Virus record (IMG/VR): IMGVR_UViG_2918987250_000001
Coordinates: 1 to 64,000 of that record
Reading direction: 5' to 3' (one strand)
Source: a virus
Taxonomy: Duplodnaviria; Caudoviricetes
Length of the DNA: 64,000 nucleotides
In this document: in pieces, positions 17,868-26,744 of the stretch
Layout: each line of letters opens with the position of its first letter
How positions within the stretch are numbered: the stretch's first letter is position 1
The notes under the pieces: model-generated
What the model was told of the DNA's origin: nothing
Databases searched by the model: none
What the model saw: only the letters and a program-made list of their open reading frames with translations
Position numbers and translations under genes: made by a program

Positions 17868-19804
17868 GCGAATACCTCCTCGATCTTGGACGCGCCGCGT
17901 CCGGTCTTCGTGACCTTCATGACCTGGGGCACCCAGTCCTTGAGGTCCGAATGGCTGATGATGAAGACGGTCCCGCGCTCGCGGGCCTTCTCCTGCAGGA
18001 TGGTGGTGAGCCGCTCGATGCCGGCGCTATCGAGGGCGTTGTCGATCTCGTCGCCGATGAAGAGCGGGATCGTCTTCGAGGCGCGGGAGGCCACGAGGTC
18101 CTGGAGCGCGAGCGCTGCCGCGACCCGCACCTTGCGCTTCTCGCCGCCGGAGATGGCCTTGAACTTGTCGCCGCCGAGCGCGTGCGTGACCTCGATGGAG
18201 AACTTCTCCTTCAGCTCGCCCTTCGCGCTGCGGGTGAGCGTGGACCAGCTCGCCCGGATGTTGCCGTCGGAGAGCGTGCCGAGATACTTCGCCGTCTGGG
18301 CGTTGAGGTAGGGCGTGACCTCGTCCAGCATCTCCGCCCGCGCGCCGGCCGGGGCGAACACCTCGCAGACCTCCCTGGCGATCTCGAGCTCGAGGGCCTG
18401 GGCGCGCTCGGCGGCCTGCGCCTCGATCATCACCTCGTTGGTCCGCTCCACGGCCTCGGAGCAGCGCGCCTGGATCGCCTCGTGCGGGTTGGGCTGCGCC
18501 TGGGACCTCTTGATCTGCTCACCCAACGTCCGCGCCCGCTCGACGATCTGGTCGATCTCCCGCTGCCGGCGATCCAGGTCCACCAGGGATGCTCTCAGAC
18601 GCGCGCACAGCGCGTGCGTCGCGCTTGCGTCAGTCATAGACGCACGATGCGTTTCGACCGCTGAGCGCGCGATTTCGAGCGCTGCAACAGCGTTCGCGTG
18701 ATCGCTCTTCACGTCGCGCAACGTGACGAGTTCAGCACGCAGCGCGCTTGCAGCGTTGGCCTTGGCAGGAGCGATGTCCGCGGCCGTGTAGGGCTTGTCG
18801 CACGAGGAGCACGGGCAGCCGACCTTGTGATCCAGGCCGTCGTGATCCGCCTTCAGACGCCGGGCGCGGGCGCTGATGGTGTCGATCGAGTGCTGATGCC
18901 CATCCACGAGGCGCTGGGCGAGGGTGAGCTCGTGGCTGAGCCGGCGCTCCTCCGTGACCTCACCCGCGAGGCCGGCGAGCTTGGCTTCCTCGGCGGCGAG
19001 CTGCGCCTCGACGGCCGGACGGTTCTCGGTGGCGAGCTCGCCCCGCTTCACCTTCACGACGCCGACGAGGTTGCGGACCTCGTCCGTGAGCCGCTCGATT
19101 TCTCCCTTGCGATCCCGCTCCCAGGCGTTCAGGTCCTCGCCGGCCTGGTCAAGGGCGCCGACGGCGTCATCGAACCGACCCACGGCGACATCCGCGGTCA
19201 TCTTCGCCTTGTCGAGCGCGGCCTTCGCCTCGTTGAGCTGCGTGAGGGCGACCCGGTGGCCCTTCTCCAGGACCGTCGTGCCGGCGGCCTCCTCGACGAT
19301 GACCTTGAGGTTCTTGTCCGTCATGCCCGGCAGGTCGGGCATCTGATCCTGGCCGGCGAGCACGGCGGCGATGAACACCTCGCGCGAGCAGCCGATGATC
19401 TCGTTGACGACGGTCTGGGTGAGCTTGTCGGTGCCGAGCGTGAGATCGTGGGTCTCGCCGTCCGGGTCCACCATCGTCACGAGGAGCCGGTTCTTAGCCG
19501 TCTTGTGCTTGCGGTGCCGGGCGATGGTGTAGGTGTTGCCGCCGTCCTCGACGCGGGTGGCGACACGGGTGCCCTTCTTGGCCGCCCAGTTGATGACATC
19601 GTCGCCCGAAACCTCGCGGCTCGTCTCGTCGTAGAGGCACCAGAACACGCCGTCGGCGAAGGTGCTCTTGCCGGCCCCGTTGGAGTCGGCCGAGCTGTCG
19701 CAGAGGTTCTCGCCCTGCACGAGCACGAGCCCGCGCTCATTCATCGTCACCTTCGCCTGCGCGATGGTGAGGAAGTTCTCGATCTCAACGTCGAGGATCT
19801 TCAC
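17864..19804 (-). CDS. sbcC: SbcC/Rad50/gp46-like ATPase
   Basis: SNGAGKST, coiled coil with CSSC zinc hook, ISGGE signature, DE, ISH. Confidence 0.92.
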   Translation of the reverse strand: MKILDVEIENFLTIAQAKVTMNERGLVLVQGENLCDSSADSNGAGKSTFADGVFWCLYDETSREVSGDDVINWAAKKGTRVATRVEDGGNTYTIARHRKHKTAKNRLLVTMVDPDGETHDLTLGTDKLTQTVVNEIIGCSREVFIAAVLAGQDQMPDLPGMTDKNLKVIVEEAAGTTVLEKGHRVALTQLNEAKAALDKAKMTADVAVGRFDDAVGALDQAGEDLNAWERDRKGEIERLTDEVRNLVGVVKVKRGELATENRPAVEAQLAAEEAKLAGLAGEVTEERRLSHELTLAQRLVDGHQHSIDTISARARRLKADHDGLDHKVGCPCSSCDKPYTAADIAPAKANAASALRAELVTLRDVKSDHANAVAALEIARSAVETHRASMTDASATHALCARLRASLVDLDRRQREIDQIVERARTLGEQIKRSQAQPNPHEAIQARCSEAVERTNEVMIEAQAAERAQALELEIAREVCEVFAPAGARAEMLDEVTPYLNAQTAKYLGTLSDGNIRASWSTLTRSAKGELKEKFSIEVTHALGGDKFKAISGGEKRKVRVAAALALQDLVASRASKTIPLFIGDEIDNALDSAGIERLTTILQEKARERGTVFIISHSDLKDWVPQVMKVTKTGRGASKIEEVFA

Positions 19805-20019
19805 AGCGCGGTCTCCTTGCCGTCAGCGGCCTTCACGAGAAAGTAGTCGGTCAGCAGTTGGCCGCCTTCCTGACGCAGAACGGTCTTGCCGATCAGAGTT
19901 CGCGCCATGTCGTTCTGAAGACGCCACTCGGATGTGTAGGGCCAGCCGGTCACGATATTCGGATGAACATTGAGAGGGCCGACGGCCTTGTAGAACTCGT
20001 CCTTGGAGACTTGCCTCAC
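19801..20019 (-). CDS. Hypothetical protein (atypical codon use)
   Basis: 72 aa, GTGA overlaps on both sides. Confidence 0.65.
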   Translation of the reverse strand: MRQVSKDEFYKAVGPLNVHPNIVTGWPYTSEWRLQNDMARTLIGKTVLRQEGGQLLTDYFLVKAADGKETAL

Positions 20020-20366
20020 GCTGCGCGCTCCTTCGCGGCGAGCTTCGTGATGAGGCCGGCGTAGGTGCTGCTGAGCGGATCGTCGGTCTCGGCAGCCGGG
20101 CCGATGACCTTGGTCGAGCCGTGCTCGCGACCCCTGCGGCGCACGGTGGTCTTGTGCGGATCGCGCAGCATCGTGCGGAAGCTCTCGTCTTCCTCGACCG
20201 ACACGATCTGGTCGCCGAGCACCTTGCGGTAGTTCGCCACCGTCATCGCCGGCAGGCCGGAGATGGTCTCGGTGATCCAGACCGTCGTCTCTTTGATGGC
20301 CGCTCCCGCAAGAAAGTCAGTGATGACTTGCTTTCGGCGGTATGTGATCTTGAAATACCCGGACAC
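20016..20366 (-). CDS. Hypothetical protein
   Basis: 116 aa, downstream of promoter at 20431. Confidence 0.7.
   Translation of the reverse strand: MSGYFKITYRRKQVITDFLAGAAIKETTVWITETISGLPAMTVANYRKVLGDQIVSVEEDESFRTMLRDPHKTTVRRRGREHGSTKVIGPAAETDDPLSSTYAGLITKLAAKERAA
20313..20330. promoter_or_regulatory. 18-bp palindromic site (intragenic)
   Basis: AAAGTCAGTGATGACTTG. Confidence 0.65.
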
Positions 20367-20430
20367 GCTCGTTCCTTATTCAATGCTGGTTTTAACAAGC
20401 GCTCGGGATTGAGCGCTTGTTATGCTTCAC

Positions 20431-20452
20431 TATAGCGATGCGAACTCGGGTT
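20431..20452 (-). promoter_or_regulatory. Promoter-like motif AACCCG-N10-GCTATA
   Basis: Exact match. Confidence 0.75.
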
Positions 20453-21550
20453 TCACTCGGCAGATGAGCGAACCAAGCTGATGATGTTCGCGGCGCGCGC
20501 CTTGATCGCCTCCTTGTGGACCGAGCCCTTGCGCTCGATGTGGTCGGCGACCGAGATTTCCAGCGTGCGCGCCTTGACCGAGACCGTCGTGCCGGTGCGC
20601 GTCACCGTGGTCGCCCGCTCGGTGTTCATGACGACGCCGGCCGCGCTCATCCCCTCGAGGCCCTCGCGGAAGGCCTTCTCCTCGGCGTCGGTGAACACGA
20701 AGCCGCGCACCCGGACGTAGTTGCCGTCCACGATGTTCTCGTAGTCGTCCGGGTCGGTCTCCTCGGTGATCTCGACGAAGGACGGGGCGCGGCTGGCGCG
20801 CCAGTTGATGTCGTCCGCGTCGCCGCCGACGATCATGAAGCCGGCCTTGGTGCCGATGTCCGAGGCCGTCTGGTGCGTCGTGGCGCCGATCGACCAGACC
20901 TTGCCACTCTCGAAACCGCAGGCGTGGTGGTAGTGGCCCGAGAACACGCGCTTGAAGCCGAGCTCTACCAAATAGGAAGGGGTAAGCCCGTGCGCCGGCA
21001 TGCCCGACAGAACGCCGTCGATGCCGGCGTGCATGATGAGGTCGGACTGGGCGTGGCTGCGGAGCCCGAAGTCGCGCCGGCCGGGCCAGCTCTCCAGCTC
21101 AGCCTTGAGGGCGTCGAGCTTCGGAATCCACGGCACCATCAGCAGCGAGTGCCCGCCGAACTCCACGATCTCCGGCCGGGTGACGACCTTGATGCCGTCG
21201 CGCTTGCCGAAGGACTGGAAGGCGTTGCCGAGCTCCGTGCTCTCGTTGGACTTCAGGTCGTGGTTGCCCGCGAGCGCCACGATCTTCATCCCGAGCTTGA
21301 GGATCTCGTCGAAGGCGTCGGAGATTGGGTTGAACACCTCCGGGTCGATCGAGCCGCGGGTATGGAAGATGTCGCCGGCGATGACCAGCGTGTCGCCGCC
21401 GGCCGCCTTCACCTCGTGAGCTGCGCGCAGCAGCTCGTCCACGATGATCTGGAGCCGCGAGTTGCGGCCATTGGGGAGCTTGGTCGAGAAGGCCGACCAG
21501 GCATGCGCGTGGATGTCGGAGAGCAGGCCGTAGGGCGCGGGCTTCATCAC
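20453..21550 (-). CDS. sbcD: SbcD/Mre11/gp47-like metallophosphoesterase nuclease
   Basis: SDIH, GDIFH, GNHD, GHYH motifs. Confidence 0.9.
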   Translation of the reverse strand: MMKPAPYGLLSDIHAHAWSAFSTKLPNGRNSRLQIIVDELLRAAHEVKAAGGDTLVIAGDIFHTRGSIDPEVFNPISDAFDEILKLGMKIVALAGNHDLKSNESTELGNAFQSFGKRDGIKVVTRPEIVEFGGHSLLMVPWIPKLDALKAELESWPGRRDFGLRSHAQSDLIMHAGIDGVLSGMPAHGLTPSYLVELGFKRVFSGHYHHACGFESGKVWSIGATTHQTASDIGTKAGFMIVGGDADDINWRASRAPSFVEITEETDPDDYENIVDGNYVRVRGFVFTDAEEKAFREGLEGMSAAGVVMNTERATTVTRTGTTVSVKARTLEISVADHIERKGSVHKEAIKARAANIISLVRSSAE

Positions 21551-22263
21551 AGCGCCCCGACCAGACGACGGCGCTCTTCCTGGCTCGCGCGGAACTCCTT
21601 GAGGAGGTCGGTCACGGCGGTGAGGAGCATCCCGTTTTCCGCCCGCAGCGCGGCGATCTCCTTCATCTGCTCGGCGTGCCGCTCCTCGAGGCGCTGACGG
21701 GTGCGCTCCAGGTCGCGCTCCGAGATCAGACGGTAGACCGGCGCAGCGGCCGGGGCCGGTGCCGAGGCCTTGAGCTCCTCGAACGGCGCCGTCGTCTTGA
21801 CGCCGTTCGCCAGACGGAACTGCTCGACCGCGAGCACGATCTCGGCGAGGAGCAGCTTGGCGGCGCCCTTGCCCTCCTTCACGCGGAGGAAGAGGCGGTC
21901 GAAGATGGCACGAGCCTGCGCCGCATCGACGAAAGAGGTGCCCTTGGCATTACGCGCGTCGCGGCGGACCTTGACCTCGCTCAGCGGCGTCCCGGCGAGC
22001 GTCATATACTTGCGCACGTCCGAGGCGCCGGAGACCGGGGCGATGTTCTCGGGGCGCATGAGGGCGACGAACCCAGAAATCGACACCCAAACCCGACCGT
22101 CGGCGTAGGCCGCGACGAGGGTCTTGCCTCCTTCGAGGCGAAACTCGACCACTGGACACTTCGCGAACTCGTTGGAGCCGGTGTTGTCCCAGCCGTCATA
22201 GGTGTCGGTCAGGTCGGTCCAGAGGGGCTTTGCGGAGCTGATGGAGGCGAGTGGCGCGGTCAC
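21547..22263 (-). CDS. Hypothetical protein (possible BRO/antirepressor-like N-terminus, coiled-coil C-terminus)
   Basis: 238 aa; domain resemblance is weak. Confidence 0.6.
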   Translation of the reverse strand: MTAPLASISSAKPLWTDLTDTYDGWDNTGSNEFAKCPVVEFRLEGGKTLVAAYADGRVWVSISGFVALMRPENIAPVSGASDVRKYMTLAGTPLSEVKVRRDARNAKGTSFVDAAQARAIFDRLFLRVKEGKGAAKLLLAEIVLAVEQFRLANGVKTTAPFEELKASAPAPAAAPVYRLISERDLERTRQRLEERHAEQMKEIAALRAENGMLLTAVTDLLKEFRASQEERRRLVGAL

Positions 22264-22284
22264 GGTTGTCTCTCTCTGTGTGGG

Positions 22285-22302
22285 TGAGTCATCACTGACT
22301 TA
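22285..22302. promoter_or_regulatory. 18-bp palindromic site just downstream of promoter
   Basis: TGAGTCATCACTGACTTA. Confidence 0.8.
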
Positions 22303-22307
22303 TCTGT

Positions 22308-22329
22308 TATAGCGAAGCGATCTCGGGTT
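22308..22329 (-). promoter_or_regulatory. Promoter-like motif AACCCG-N10-GCTATA
   Basis: Exact match. Confidence 0.75.
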
Positions 22330-22337
22330 TTCGCTGC

Positions 22338-22757
22338 TCAGCGCTTGGGAAGCTTCGGCGGCGCGCGGCGGAAGCGAAAGTGCTCCATCGGGAGGTAGCG
22401 CTGGAGCGCGCCGCCGCGGCCGGTGAAGTTCATGATCTTCGCCTTGTCGCGGTCGAAGAACAGCTCCGTGCGCGTGATCCACTTGTCGCCGGTGTCCTTC
22501 ATGAGGACGCCCGCGAACTCGATCTTGCGGGCGCGCAGCATCAGCAGCGTGGCGTCATCGAGCGCCCAGCTCGCCTTGCCTTCGCGCACCGCGTCCGAGA
22601 TGCACTGCTCGCCGCCGCGGTAGATCTCCTTGCGCTTGCGGTAGGCCAGGTAGACGCGCTGGCCGCCGGCCAGCTCGTAGATGCCGCCGTAGAGGCGACG
22701 GCCTTTCTTGACCTTCTCAAGCAGCTTCGGCTCGGGGGAAGGGGATGACGACAGCAT
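22338..22757 (-). CDS. Hypothetical basic phage protein
   Basis: 139-aa ORF. Confidence 0.7.
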   Translation of the reverse strand: MLSSSPSPEPKLLEKVKKGRRLYGGIYELAGGQRVYLAYRKRKEIYRGGEQCISDAVREGKASWALDDATLLMLRARKIEFAGVLMKDTGDKWITRTELFFDRDKAKIMNFTGRGGALQRYLPMEHFRFRRAPPKLPKR

Positions 22758-23187
22758 CAGGCAGGGTCCAAATTCCCTGCGCGCCCCTGACAGGCACCGG
22801 CTTGGCGAACGGCTCGGGCTTGCGGCAGCGCCAGGCGAACCGCCCAGGCTTCCACCAGCCGTAAAGCTTCTCCTCGTCCGTCACGTCCTCGAGGTCCTCT
22901 TCCGTGATCTCGCTGCACGAGTGCAGCAGGACCGTGCCGAGGAGGTAGCCGTTCGGCAGCGCCTCGATCTCGCGGGGGAGGTTGGTCTCGAAGTAGTAGC
23001 GGGCGAAGGCGGGGTCCTTCATCGCATCGCGCTGCTCGGGCTTGATGACCTTGGTCGAGGCGATCCCGATCCTCTGGCCGATCAGCGCCTTGGGCGCGGG
23101 GAAGCCCCTCGTTTCGACAAGCTTGAAGCCGTGCGCCAGGAGCGACGCATACGGGTTCCAAACGGAGATGACCTTCAACGCACCCAC
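22717..23187 (-). CDS. ASCH-domain protein
   Basis: ISVWNPYASLLAHGFKLVETR...G.LLGTV...VRGAQGIW. Confidence 0.85.
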   Translation of the reverse strand: MGALKVISVWNPYASLLAHGFKLVETRGFPAPKALIGQRIGIASTKVIKPEQRDAMKDPAFARYYFETNLPREIEALPNGYLLGTVLLHSCSEITEEDLEDVTDEEKLYGWWKPGRFAWRCRKPEPFAKPVPVRGAQGIWTLPDAVVIPFPRAEAA

Positions 23188-23254
23188 TGATCTGTTCCCT
23201 CTGTTGAGAGATTTATAGCGATCAGCGCTTGACAGTTGAAGCGCGGGAAGGGGT

Positions 23255-23286
23255 TTCGGCGCCGAACCCGAAGATCCGGCGCCGAA
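23255..23286. terminator. Hairpin after recA
   Basis: TTCGGCGCCG...CGGCGCCGAA; weak U-tract. Confidence 0.5.
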
Positions 23287-23290
23287 TGCG

Positions 23291-24397
23291 TCAGGCGGCT
23301 TCCTGGATCGGCTCGGCCTCGGACTCGCCGTTGAGCTCAGCCTCGGCGACGACCGGCGGCTCGTAGGCCTTCGGCAGCAGCGCGTGCAGCTCGGCGAGCG
23401 CCTTGTTGGCCTCGATGCGCCGGGCGAGCTGCTCCTTGTGGATCGCCTTGCCGTCCCAGAGCACGCGACCGGCGCCCTTGTCCTCGAGCAGCTTCTCGGC
23501 GACCAGGAACTCGATCAGCGAGCGCTCCACGTCGAACTTGCCGAAGCCGTCCTCCTGGAAGATGAAGCGCCAGGACGCGCGCAGGAACGGCCGCGAGACC
23601 TTGTTCTTGGCGACGACGCCCGAGACCTCGACGCCCAGGATCTCGGCGTTCTCGCCGGTGCCCTTCTGGATCTTCGAGGCCGCGCCGAGCATGAGCTTCT
23701 GCGTGTCGTAGAAGTAGGGGCTCTCGCCGCCCGGCGTCTTGCGCGGGTCGCCGTAGACCACGCCGATCTTCATGCGGATCTGGTTCGTGAAGATCGCCGA
23801 GATGCCGAACTCCTCGATGTAGAGGTTGAAGGTCGGAAGGTGAGCCGACGTGGCACGGGCGAGCGCCGTGTTGTCGTTCATGTTCCGGTCCGTCATGTCC
23901 CGGTCCTTCTTGGTCTTCATGTCCATCAGAGCGGACTGCGGGACCATCGAGGCGAGGGAGTCGAACACGAAGCAGATCGGCGCCTCGGGCGCGATGAGCT
24001 TCTGCTTGCGGATCAGCTCACCGGCGCGGACGGCCATCGTCAGGCTATCCTCGAAGGTGCGCGGCTTCTTGTAGATGAACTTGCCGGGCGTCACATCGAG
24101 GCCGATCCGCTTCGCCAGGGCGCCCGAGAACGAGCGCTCGTGATCGAAGAAGCCGGCGATGCCGCCCATCGCCTGCGCGGCGATCATGGCGCGGGTCGCG
24201 ATGGCCGTCTTACCGGACGTGGACGGGCCGGCGATCTCGACCTGACGCCCGACGGCGATGCCGCCATCCCAGCGCGAGGAGAGGGCGTAGTTGAGCGGGG
24301 CGTAGCCGGTGTCGAGGAACTGGCTGACGGTCGCCTCCTCGTCGTTGGCGCCGATCAGCCCTGCGAGGTGCTTCGCGATGTCAGATGCGCTTGCCAT
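23291..24397 (-). CDS. recA: RecA/UvsX-like recombinase
   Basis: GPSTSGKT, FDSLASM, FTNQIRMKIGVVYGDP.KTPGG, KNKV; start at ATG 24397. Confidence 0.93.
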   Translation of the reverse strand: MASASDIAKHLAGLIGANDEEATVSQFLDTGYAPLNYALSSRWDGGIAVGRQVEIAGPSTSGKTAIATRAMIAAQAMGGIAGFFDHERSFSGALAKRIGLDVTPGKFIYKKPRTFEDSLTMAVRAGELIRKQKLIAPEAPICFVFDSLASMVPQSALMDMKTKKDRDMTDRNMNDNTALARATSAHLPTFNLYIEEFGISAIFTNQIRMKIGVVYGDPRKTPGGESPYFYDTQKLMLGAASKIQKGTGENAEILGVEVSGVVAKNKVSRPFLRASWRFIFQEDGFGKFDVERSLIEFLVAEKLLEDKGAGRVLWDGKAIHKEQLARRIEANKALAELHALLPKAYEPPVVAEAELNGESEAEPIQEAA

Positions 24398-24900
24398 TAC
24401 TCGTCGTTCTCCACGTCGGTCGGGTTGTTGTCCTCGTCCTCGTCGAGGAAGAGGGCGTCGTCGTCGGCCGCGGGCTCGGCCGGGGTTTCGGGGCGCCGGC
24501 GAGCCTCGCTGACGAAGCGGCCGCCGAGGTCGTTCACGCTCGGGCCGCGCGGGGCGGCCGGGGCAGGGGAGCCGGGCAGGGCGATCAGCGGCACCACGGC
24601 CGGGGCTGCGATGCCGGCCAGCGCCGGCAGGTCCTTGGCGAGCGAGAAGTCCGAGAGACCGGCCGCCTGGACCGATGCGAGCGCCTTCTGCTGCGCGGCG
24701 CTGCCGGCGAGCGCGAGGAAGCTGAACGCCTTCTCGACCTCGGACGCCTTGAGCTTCACGCCCTCGCGCTCCACGAGCTTCACGAGCGCGGTGATGGAGC
24801 GACCGACGCCCGCGACGGCCGCCTCGAGCTTCTGCTGCGGGTTGCGTCCACGCACGCCGCGCGCGGGGACCTTCTTCTTCGTGGTTGCCTTCGTGGTCAT
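24397..24900 (-). CDS. Hypothetical protein (basic N-terminus, acidic C-terminus)
   Basis: 167 aa, coupled to both neighbours. Confidence 0.7.
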   Translation of the reverse strand: MTTKATTKKKVPARGVRGRNPQQKLEAAVAGVGRSITALVKLVEREGVKLKASEVEKAFSFLALAGSAAQQKALASVQAAGLSDFSLAKDLPALAGIAAPAVVPLIALPGSPAPAAPRGPSVNDLGGRFVSEARRRPETPAEPAADDDALFLDEDEDNNPTDVENDE

Positions 24901-25937
24901 GCTGCCTTCCGTAAGTCAGTGCTGACTTCACTCAGGGCGCGAAACGGCTCGAGCCAGCCATCCACGTCGCTGAGGATCTGGTTGAAGAGGAGATCGGAGC
25001 ACTGGTCGCGCACCGCCTCGGGGTTGAACTCGCCCGGCGTCAGGCGCGGCCGGAGCGGCGCCGGGATGTCGGGGTGGTGGAGATCCATCAGCCGCAGGTT
25101 GCGGTAGAAGATGTCCCGCTTCTCCGGCGAGGAGCAGAAGTCGGCGAGCTTCTTCGGCACCTTGGCCTTGTGGATCTCGACCGCGTCGAAGAAGCCCTTC
25201 ACCGTGCCGAAGGCCCGGACCAGGTCGAACGCGCCCTTGTCTCCGATGCCGCCGACACCGCAGATCTCGTCGGAGCCGTCGCCCATCAGCGCCTTGACCT
25301 CGAGATAGGCCTGCGGCGAGGGGCAGCCGCGCCACTCGATGTCCTCGATGAGGGTCGAGCCGTCCGCCTGCTTGGTCTTCTTCTGCTTCATGTAGCCGAC
25401 CTCCTTCTCGAAGGTCTGCGCCGTGATGCGCTTCTTCTGCACGGGCGCGTGCCAGGCCACGCCGGGCTGCACGAGCTGGAGCCAGTCCTTGTCGCCCGAG
25501 ATCAGGAGGATCTTGTGCCCCTTGGCCGCCAGGTCCGGCTGGTAGCGGCGCACGAGGATGCCGGCCCAGTCGTCGGCCTCGAGGTTGGCAGCCGAGAGCT
25601 GGTGGACGCCGCAGGCCTTGAGGAGCTGGAAGGCGAGGGGCTTCTGCGTGCGCCAGCTTTCGCGGATGCGCGCCTGCTCGATTTCGTAGGGCTTGGGCGC
25701 TTCCTTCACGGCGTCGCGCGAGCCCTTGTAGCCGTCGATCTCCTTCTTGCGCCACGAGTCGCCGTCCCAGAGGATCAGCGGCCGGAGCTGCGGGTAGGTC
25801 TCCACCATCTTCTTGATGGCGCGGATGACGCCGAGCGCGCCCTGCGTCTCCTGCTCGCCCACCTTGAGCACCCGCGTGCTCGTGGCGGCGAAGCCGATGT
25901 TATTAATATCAATCAAGAGGTGTCCGCGGTGCGTCAC
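24897..25937 (-). CDS. 5'-3' exonuclease/flap endonuclease (Pol I N-terminal / T4 RNase H-like)
   Basis: LLID, YKGSR, EADD, SGDKD, GDGSD..GVGGIG. Confidence 0.92.
   Translation of the reverse strand: MTHRGHLLIDINNIGFAATSTRVLKVGEQETQGALGVIRAIKKMVETYPQLRPLILWDGDSWRKKEIDGYKGSRDAVKEAPKPYEIEQARIRESWRTQKPLAFQLLKACGVHQLSAANLEADDWAGILVRRYQPDLAAKGHKILLISGDKDWLQLVQPGVAWHAPVQKKRITAQTFEKEVGYMKQKKTKQADGSTLIEDIEWRGCPSPQAYLEVKALMGDGSDEICGVGGIGDKGAFDLVRAFGTVKGFFDAVEIHKAKVPKKLADFCSSPEKRDIFYRNLRLMDLHHPDIPAPLRPRLTPGEFNPEAVRDQCSDLLFNQILSDVDGWLEPFRALSEVSTDLRKAA
24912..24929. promoter_or_regulatory. 18-bp palindromic site (gene 3' end)
   Basis: TAAGTCAGTGCTGACTTC. Confidence 0.8.
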
Positions 25938-26458
25938 TTCACATGCCTCCACGTCTTGTTGTTCCAGATGCCGTAAATCATCTCCTTCGTAACCTTGTAG
26001 TTGCGGGCGACATCAGCGCCCTTCTCTTTGCCGGCCAGCGCGCGGATCGCGCGGACATCATTCTCGGTGAGCTTCCCACCTCCACCATTCCGCTCCCCGC
26101 GCGCCTGACGCCCGCGAGCGTCACGATCTGCGAGGTTCTGCTGGCGCGTGCCCCAGGACAGGTTGTCGAGGCTCGGGTCGGCCCGGTCGTCGTTGTCGTG
26201 CAAGCACTCCATGCCGGGAGGGCACGAGCCGACGAAGGTGTTGAGGACGATGGTATGAACGGCGACACGCTTGCGCTTGCCGTCCTTGCAGAGCGTGACC
26301 ATCGGGTAGCCCGTGACCTGAGCGATGGGCGCCCGAAGGATGATGCCGCCGCGCGGCACCTTCCTGATATCGACACGAGGGAGACTGCGAACGCGCCCGA
26401 GATCGGACACCTCGTAGAAGCCCTCGTAACCGGCAATCGGGAGCCAGCGCTCACTCAT
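25934..26458 (-). CDS. NUMOD4-HNH homing endonuclease with C-terminal HTH
   Basis: WLPIAGYEGFYEVSDLGRVRS (NUMOD4); H.NDD..D...NL.WGT..QN. Confidence 0.9.
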   Translation of the reverse strand: MSERWLPIAGYEGFYEVSDLGRVRSLPRVDIRKVPRGGIILRAPIAQVTGYPMVTLCKDGKRKRVAVHTIVLNTFVGSCPPGMECLHDNDDRADPSLDNLSWGTRQQNLADRDARGRQARGERNGGGGKLTENDVRAIRALAGKEKGADVARNYKVTKEMIYGIWNNKTWRHVK

Positions 26459-26648
26459 CGACCCGAGTGACCTTCACGTCGAAATAGTCGGGCTTCTCCT
26501 CGCCGATGATGCCCAGGTAGTCCTGCCGGATCTCCTCGGCCGACCGCTCGCCGATCTCGTCGAAGGGCGGGTGGCTCCGGTAGCCGACCTGACCGTTCGT
26601 CCACTTGCACGGCTTCTTCTGTTCGATCTCGATGATGTGTCGGGCCAT
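26451..26648 (-). CDS. Hypothetical protein
   Basis: 65 aa, AGGAG RBS. Confidence 0.7.
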   Translation of the reverse strand: MARHIIEIEQKKPCKWTNGQVGYRSHPPFDEIGERSAEEIRQDYLGIIGEEKPDYFDVKVTRVDE

Positions 26649-26678
26649 AGATCGTCTCCTTGCCTCGCTGACGGGGAA

Positions 26679-26707
26679 AGGGCGGCAGCCGAGAAGACTG
26701 CCGCCCT
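26679..26707 (-). terminator. Intrinsic terminator after SSB gene
   Basis: AGGGCGGCAG...CTGCCGCCCT with short U-tract. Confidence 0.65.
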
Positions 26708-26744
26708 GTGAAGGGGAGGGCGCGTGCGCCCGTCCCAGCGAGGC

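Noticed and set aside
23214-23235. N10-type promoter upstream of the ASCH gene
   Set aside because: GCTATA is present but there is no AACCCG-like box at the 10-bp spacing.
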